Assembly (NCBI GenBank): GCA_002269645.1
Contig: NIVC01000175.1
Span: forward strand, 310,001 to 374,000
Direction: 5' to 3'
Source: Macrostomum lignano
Taxonomy: Eukaryota
Length of the DNA stretch: 64,000 nucleotides
The notes beneath the pieces were generated by a model. The model did no database searches and was not told the DNA's origin. It saw only the letters and a list, made by a program, of their open reading frames with translations. Positions 57,076-64,000 of the stretch are shown piece after piece. The translations under genes and the position numbers were made by a program. The stretch's first letter is position 1, and each line of letters opens with the position of its first letter.

Positions 57076-58329
57076 CCAGTGATACCTTTGTTTCTAAGAA
57101 AATCAACTTTAGCGTCTTTCCTCTTCTGTTTTCCATGAAACCAGAAATAAGAATTTAGTGCAATCCCGATTCAGTCATATCTGCATCATAAAAAACAAAT
57201 ATCTTTTTAAGTTACAGTTTTTTAATTCATTCATTCATACAAGCATAGGAATATTTCATTCCTAATTTTAGATACAGGCACACCAATACTGTACACACAG
57301 GCACAGCACTCATACACACCCTTACACACACACACACGGGCACACGCGCACACAAGCCCCATACGAATGTGTGGCCGCTGTCAATCCAGACTGTACGATT
57401 CTAGATTTGATCTCCTTGGTCACTAAAGCATACCGGTGCTTACTCTGGGCACCTCGAGGGGACAGATTATTTCTACAATTTTTTGGCTTTCTTTCTTTTT
57501 CTTTTTTGGCTTACCTCGTGATTCTGAGGTATAAGCTCAGAATCCCCAGCGAACACACAGCAGCCGCAAAGCCAGACTGGATTAGCAAAACGAAAGAAAA
57601 TCAAGGAATAAAACAACTGCAACATGATGGGATGGGAGGCCAGACACCAAATACAACCGGCCTCATAACTGAGGATTTGCCGCGGGGGGGGTCGTCAGTG
57701 AGCCAAAAACTGGACAAAATTGATTGGGAATTGTTAATCCCGCGAATCTTTGCGCGACATTCTCCTCCCCGCCTTACATCCCACAATGCCCCACTTTTTC
57801 CTATTCATCAGATGGGTGGGAGACGGGCGACAGAGGGAAAAGCCAAGAGACACTGTGTCGCCATCCAGTCTCCCTGTTTTCGTCATCACGAAATGCAGAG
57901 AGCGCCCGCCATCTCCAAGCACGACTGAGCTGTAGAAACTGATGTGGAACAAGCAGAGAGACAGTTAGTTGCTAAGCCGGACTAAGGCAGAGCTCGCGAA
58001 AAAAATCCCCAATCTAATCTTATTAATAAGCTCCCAATACCAATAATCTTGTAGGGACAGAGGCAGAATTTCAATCAATGTAATTCTGTCTTTTTTCTTC
58101 AAGTTAGTTAAATTTTAGCAATTTGAGATGAAATCTCGACGGGTCACAACCGAGACGGCAAAACGGGGACTGAAAAATTACTGACTGGAGAGAATGGCGG
58201 CGAGGGAACAGATAATGAATACAGCTCATAAAATTGTGAGAATCCATAGAGAAAGTAAAAAGGTCGTAGAGAAGCAAAAAGAGGTCATATAAAAAAAGAT
58301 GTCAAAGAGAAAATGGAAATAGATGTCAT

Positions 58330-59420
58330 ACAGACAGGATGAAGGTCATAGAAGTGGTTGAGAGGTCAAAGAGACGGGAGAGAGGTCAAAGAAGTGGTTG
58401 AGAGGTCATAGCGATGGGAGAGAGATCATGGAGACGGGATAAAGGTTGTAGAAGTGGGTGAGAGGCCATAGAGATGAGAGAGAGAGATCATAGAGACGGG
58501 AGAAAGGCCATAGAAGTGGTTGAGATATCATAGAGATGGGAGAGAAATCATAGGGCCGGGAGAAAGGTCATAGAAGTGGTTGAGAGGTCATAGAGATGGG
58601 AGAGAAATCATAGGGACGGGAGAAAGGTCATAGAAGTGGTTGAGAGGTCATAGAGATGAGAGAGAAATCATAGGGCCGGGAGAAAGGTCATAGAAGTGGT
58701 TGAGAGGTCATAGAGATGGGAGAGAAATCATAGGGACGGGAGAAAGGTCATAGAAGTGGTTGAGAGGTCATAGAGATGAGAGAGAAATCATAGGGATGGG
58801 AGAAAGGTCATAGAAGTGGTTGAGAGGTCATAGAGATGGGAGAGAAATCATAGGGACGGGAGAAAGGTCATAGAAGTGGTTGAGAGGTCATAGAGATGAG
58901 AGAGAGAGATCATAGAGACGGGAGAAAGGTCATAGAAGTGGTTGAGAGGTCATACAGATGGAAGAGAGATCATAGAGACGGGAGAAAGGTCAAAGAAGTG
59001 GTTGAGAGGTCATAGAGATGAGAGAGAGAGATCATAGAGACGGGAGAAAGGTCATAGAAGTGGTTGAGAGGTCATAGAGATGAGAGAGAGAGATCATAGA
59101 GACGGGAGAAAGGTCATAGAAGTGGTTGAGAGGTCATACAGATGGAAGAGAAATCATAGGGCCGGGAGAAAGGTCAAAGAAGTGGTTGAGAGGTCATAGA
59201 GATGAGAGAGAGAGATCATAGAGACGGGAGAAAGGTCATAGAAGTGGTTGAGAGGTCATAGAGATGAGAGAGAGAGATCATAGAGACGGGAGAAAGGTCA
59301 TAGAAGTGGTTGAGAGGTCATACAGATGGAAGAGAAATCATAGGGCCGGGAGAAAGGTCATAGAAGTGGTTGAGAGGTCATAGAGATGGGAGAGAAATCA
59401 TAGAGACGGGAATGAGAAGT
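58330..59420. repeat. 60-bp higher-order repeat built from three 20-bp subunits
   Basis: GGTCATAGAAGTGGTTGAGA, GGTCATAGAGATGGGAGAGA, AATCATAGGGACGGGAGAAA. Confidence 0.93.
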
Positions 59421-60444
59421 CATAGAGGAGTTTGCCACAGATCAGATAGAGCACATTAACATCACGAGTACATGAGCTCAAGTAATTCTCTTATTCTTTT
59501 ATATTGCTGCCAAGGGTATCACTGGCTTAAACTATAACGGTTTGGCCACACGCACCATATAGGCACACACACAGGAACACTCAGGTTAAGCAAGCAGTAC
59601 CATATGAGAAAACGACGAAAAAAACCATTTAGGAGGAATATATATTTAATCCCTTCTCATTCTCCATTCCGACTGTGTGTATTTTGGTCGTGGATACCCC
59701 AAGGTAAACAGGCACAGGTTTCTGAGGGTATAACGTATAGGTTACCAACCGAAATTTCCAATTAACGATATATACCTAGGGCAGCGCAAGTCTAAGTAAT
59801 GATCCTTAAGTTCTCAAACTTCTATATGGCTAGTTCAGATCAAATATGGAATGCAGGGGGGGGGGGGGCTGGATAGAGAGGCAATATTAACTAACCCAAG
59901 AGCGCAAACCCCAGTCCCCACACTCAGCCTAAATCAACAAAGCGAATCAATATGAAAAGCCAAATTGAGTACCGCTATATATTCCATTTCAAGAAATTGA
60001 AAGGAAGAGAAGAGGATATAATGGATATTATTGAGAATATCAAAGTAAAAGAAAAATTAGAAGACACTGCAAGAGCCACTTAGTCAGTCACGATTCAGTT
60101 AGCTCAGCTAAGCTAACATATCGACTCTTGAAGAGGCGCCACAATTGCACAGTTCAAGTTGGCGGTTTCAATGGTAGAATTTAGATTAAAGTAATATTAT
60201 TGCCAAGGAGATCTGCGAAGCACAACAGTCTGGAGTTAGGGGGTTCAATTATATAGCAATTGTATAGCAAGATGCTTTGGACATCATTTTCCCAACAACC
60301 GGGGGGGGGCGCAGATTGCTAGTCTCATTTACTATGATAATAGGTCAATAGGTCAGAGATAAACGCATCTGACCCCCCCCTCTCTCTCACGGAATTTCAC
60401 GACCACAAAGCAAAGATCTGAACTTTCATCTCGCCCTTCTTTGG

Positions 60445-63325
60445 CTATTCATTTCAACCTTATTTCGGCCATTTATCTCACCCTTCATTTTATTTATCTC
60501 ACCCTTCACCCTGCCATTCATCTCACCCTTCATTCTATTTATCTACCCTCCACTCTGCCATTCATCTCACCCTTCATTCTATTTATCTACCCTCCACTCT
60601 GCCATTCATCTCACCCTTCATTCTATTTATCTACCCTCCACTCTGCCATTCATCTCACCCTTCATTCTATTTATCTACCCTCCACTCTGCCATTCATCTC
60701 ACCCTTCATTCTATTTATCTACCCTCCACTCTGCCATTCATCTCACCCTTCATTCTATTTATCTACCCTCCACTCTGCCATTCATCTCACCCTTCATTCT
60801 ATTTATCTACCCTCCACTCTGCCATTCATCTCACCCTTCATTCTATTATCTACCCTCCACTCTGCCATTCATCTCACCCTTCATTCTATTTATCTACCCT
60901 CCACTCTGCCATTCATCTCACCCTTCATTCTATCTATCTCACCCTCCACTCTGCCATTCATCTCACCCTTCATTCTATTATCTCACCCTCCACTCTGCCA
61001 TTCATCTCACCCTTCATTCTATTTATCTACCCTCCACTCTGCCATTCATCTCACCCTTCATTCTATTTATCTACCCTCCACTCTGCCATTCATCTCACCC
61101 TTCATTCTATTTATCTACCCTCCACTCTGCCATTCATCTCACCCTTCATTCTATTATCTACCCTCCACTCTGCCATTCATCTCACCCTTCATTCTATCTA
61201 TCTCACCCTCCACTCTGCCATTCATCTCACCCTTCATTCTATCTATCTCACCCTCCACTCTGCCATTCATCTCACCCTTCATTCTATTTATCTACCCTCC
61301 ACTCTGCCATTCATCTCACCCTTCATTCTATTCATCTACCCTCCACTCTGCCATTCATCTCACCCTTCATTCTATTTATCTACCCTCCACTCTGCCATTC
61401 ATCTCACCCTTCATTCTATTTATCTACCCTCCACTCTGCCATTCATCTCACCCTTCATTCTATTTATCTACCCTCCACTCTGCCATTCATCTCACCCTTC
61501 ATTCTATCTATCTCACCCTCCACTCTGCCATTCATCTCACCCTTCATTCTATCTATCTCACCCTCCACTCTGCCATTCATCTCACCCTTCATTCTATCTA
61601 TCTCACCCTCCACTCTGCCATTCATCTCACCCTTCATTCTATCTATCTCACCCTCCACTCTGCCATTCATCTCACCCTTCATTCTATTTATCTACCCTCC
61701 ACTCTGCCATTCATCTCACCCTTCATTCTATTTATCTACCCTCCACTCTGCCATTCATCTCACCCTTCATTCTATCTATCTCACCCTCCACTCTGCCATT
61801 CATCTCACCCTTCATTCAGCCATTAATCTTATCGTTCATTTTATTCATCTCACCCTTTATTCTATTCACCTTATCCTTCATTCTATTAATCTCACCCTTC
61901 ACTCTGCCATTCATCTCACCCTTCACTCTGCCATTAATCTTACCCTTCATTCTATTTATCTCACCCTTTATTCTATTCATCTCACCCTTCATTCTATTCA
62001 TCTCACCCTTTATTCTATTCATCTCACCCTCCACTCTGCCATTCATCTCACCCTCCACTCTGCCGTTCATCTCACCCTTATTCTGCCATTCATCGCACCC
62101 TTCACTTCCCTTCTGTTAATAATATTACATAAGAATTTTGAACAAACAGTTTAATTTTAACTTGTTGATTAGGACAGACTGCTGCATAAGGCCACGCCAT
62201 GTTCTAAGCTTCGTAGATCTCCTTGAGCGACTAATCGCTTTGCCAAAAGAAAATTGAGATTATAAACACAATGAAAACTGAAGCAATAAAGAATAGTATG
62301 GTTTTTTGACACGTTTGACAGGGCAAGGAGGTTCTTTGAGGTTGAATGGCTCAAAGAAGTCAATAGTCATTATCGTTGGGTGGGTGGGCAGTCAAAGCTA
62401 CAATAATTGATTGGGAATTTCTTTTACTAGTAGGGCGGAGAGTTGGCGCCACTAATCTTCGCTTTTTTAACGATAGCCTGAAAATAATTCACAGGAATAA
62501 GCCTTAGACTCCTAATGCTCGTATTCTTGAATTCTAAAAACTATAAAAAATGCTAACAAAAAATAAAAAAGTATACAATTTTATAAAAATAAAAATGTAA
62601 ATTCCAACTACAAAAATATGTATATTTGTATTAAAATAATGAGAAAGTTGATCTGCTCTTGACTAGCTAATGACGATCGTCTGATTGCTCCAATGATTCT
62701 GAAATGAACGAGATGGGTTTAACACCAATTATTGTAATAATTTCGTACCATACTTTTATCCAACTAAATACTCAAATCGCAATAAGCGGTGATAAGAATA
62801 ACTAAATTAAAGGTTGAGATTAATGGCAGAATAAAGGGTGGGATGAATAGAATGAAGGGTGAGATGAATAGAATGAAGGGTGGGATGAATAGAATGAAGG
62901 GTGAGATGAATAAAATAAAGGGTGGGATGGATAGAATGAAGGGTGGGTCGAATAGAATGAAGGGTGGGATGAATAGAATGAAGGGTGAGATGAATAAAAT
63001 AAAGGGTGGGATGAATAGAATGAAGGGTGGGTCGAATAGAATGAAGGGTGGGATGAATAGAATGAAGGGTTGGATGAATAGAATGAAGGGTGAGATGAAT
63101 AGAATGAAGGGTGGGATGAATAGAATGAAGGGTGAGATGAATAGAATGAAGGGTGAGTTGAATAGAATGAAGGGTGAGATGAATAGAATGAAGGGTGAGT
63201 TGAATGGAATAATGGTGAGATGAATGGCATGATAAATGATGAGATAATTAAATAAAACAATGGGATGAATAGAATGAATGGTGAAGGGTGAAATTAATGG
63301 CCAAAATTAAGCGTTTAAATGAATT
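60445..63325. mobile_element. Foldback-like structure: inverted, internally repetitive arms (60445-62105 and 62815-63325) around an AT-rich core
   Basis: Left arm 44-bp unit contains ATCTCACCCTTCATTCTAT; right arm 21-bp unit GAATAGAATGAAGGGTGAGAT is its reverse complement; outer ends also align. Confidence 0.65.
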
Positions 63326-63859
63326 GAGAATACACAGCTGCAGATATATGTCCAATATGTGTAATCTAACACAATACGAAACACAATCAGTTCACAATAA
63401 AATACTACAAAGAAGTGAAATTCAGACACAAAAGCTTTCAAAATGCATTTTAAAATGAAACTAAGGGGTTAGGAGGACGGACAAAGGAAACAAGGACAGC
63501 AAACACACGCATATCATATAGCAAACACAAAATGGAAAAAAGAGAATCAATAATGCCAGGTGAAACACGATACCCCAAAGTGGCTATAGTGCTGGAATGA
63601 GCAAAGATGAGTCAGTTTTGAAATTGACTAGGCCTAGAAGCTCGTGTCTAGTGCTTAAACCTTTCAGAAGCAGGACGTTGATTCGGCCATATCTTTAATA
63701 ATACCATAGCTAAAATCAACATGTTAATCTAATCCTGAAGTAAAATTTTGCTCTCTTACGTAATCATTGCTTTATCCATAATTAATACGAGGATATAGCT
63801 CGAAGCTCAATGAGCACAAGAAAAGTCAAGTGAATAGCTGCTTTGTCGAATTTTGACAC

Positions 63860-64000
63860 ATACACAGACAGAGACAGACACACAGAAAGACTGACTGACA
63901 GACAGACAGACAGACCGACACAGACAGACAGAAAGACAGACAGACAGACAGACAGACAGACAGGCAGGCAGACAGACAGGCAGAAAGACAGACAGACAGA
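63860..64000. repeat. (GACA)n microsatellite running off the window
   Basis: Direct reading. Confidence 0.95.

Noticed and set aside
55376-57952. Short ORFs with faint resemblance to tyrosine recombinase or Polinton polymerase fragments
   Set aside because: Only 3-5-residue similarities with no catalytic motifs; not supportable by eye.

Overview
Eukaryotic (metazoan) genomic DNA. GT-AG introns, (GACA)n tracts and many minisatellites suggest a free-living flatworm such as Macrostomum; this is inference only. Hand-assembled genes: a six-exon type II pantothenate-kinase-fold gene with remodelled catalytic loops (+, 11712-16928, 367 aa); a three-exon AMPA-like ionotropic glutamate receptor with a non-canonical M3 gate, YYTANLTAC (-, 21256-27752, 1049 aa); COQ5 (-, 32430-35418, one frameshift); an intronless PRRC1 homologue (-, 40647-41723); a seven-EC protocadherin (+, 49841-53740, 1078 aa); and an intronless, disabled DEG/ENaC channel (+, 9626-11247). 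Mobile DNA: a Gypsy-type integrase whose frame stays open for at least 482 codons past its stop, a LINE RT fragment, a truncated Mag-type LTR element with its 5' LTR and PBS, a hAT-type MITE with TIRs and an 8-bp TSD, a foldback-like element, two short palindromic elements and a twice-repeated 215-bp structured sequence. Most other listed ORFs are repeat-derived or antisense artefacts. No tRNA, rRNA or CRISPR array was recognised. All alignments to known proteins were made by eye from memory, not by database search.
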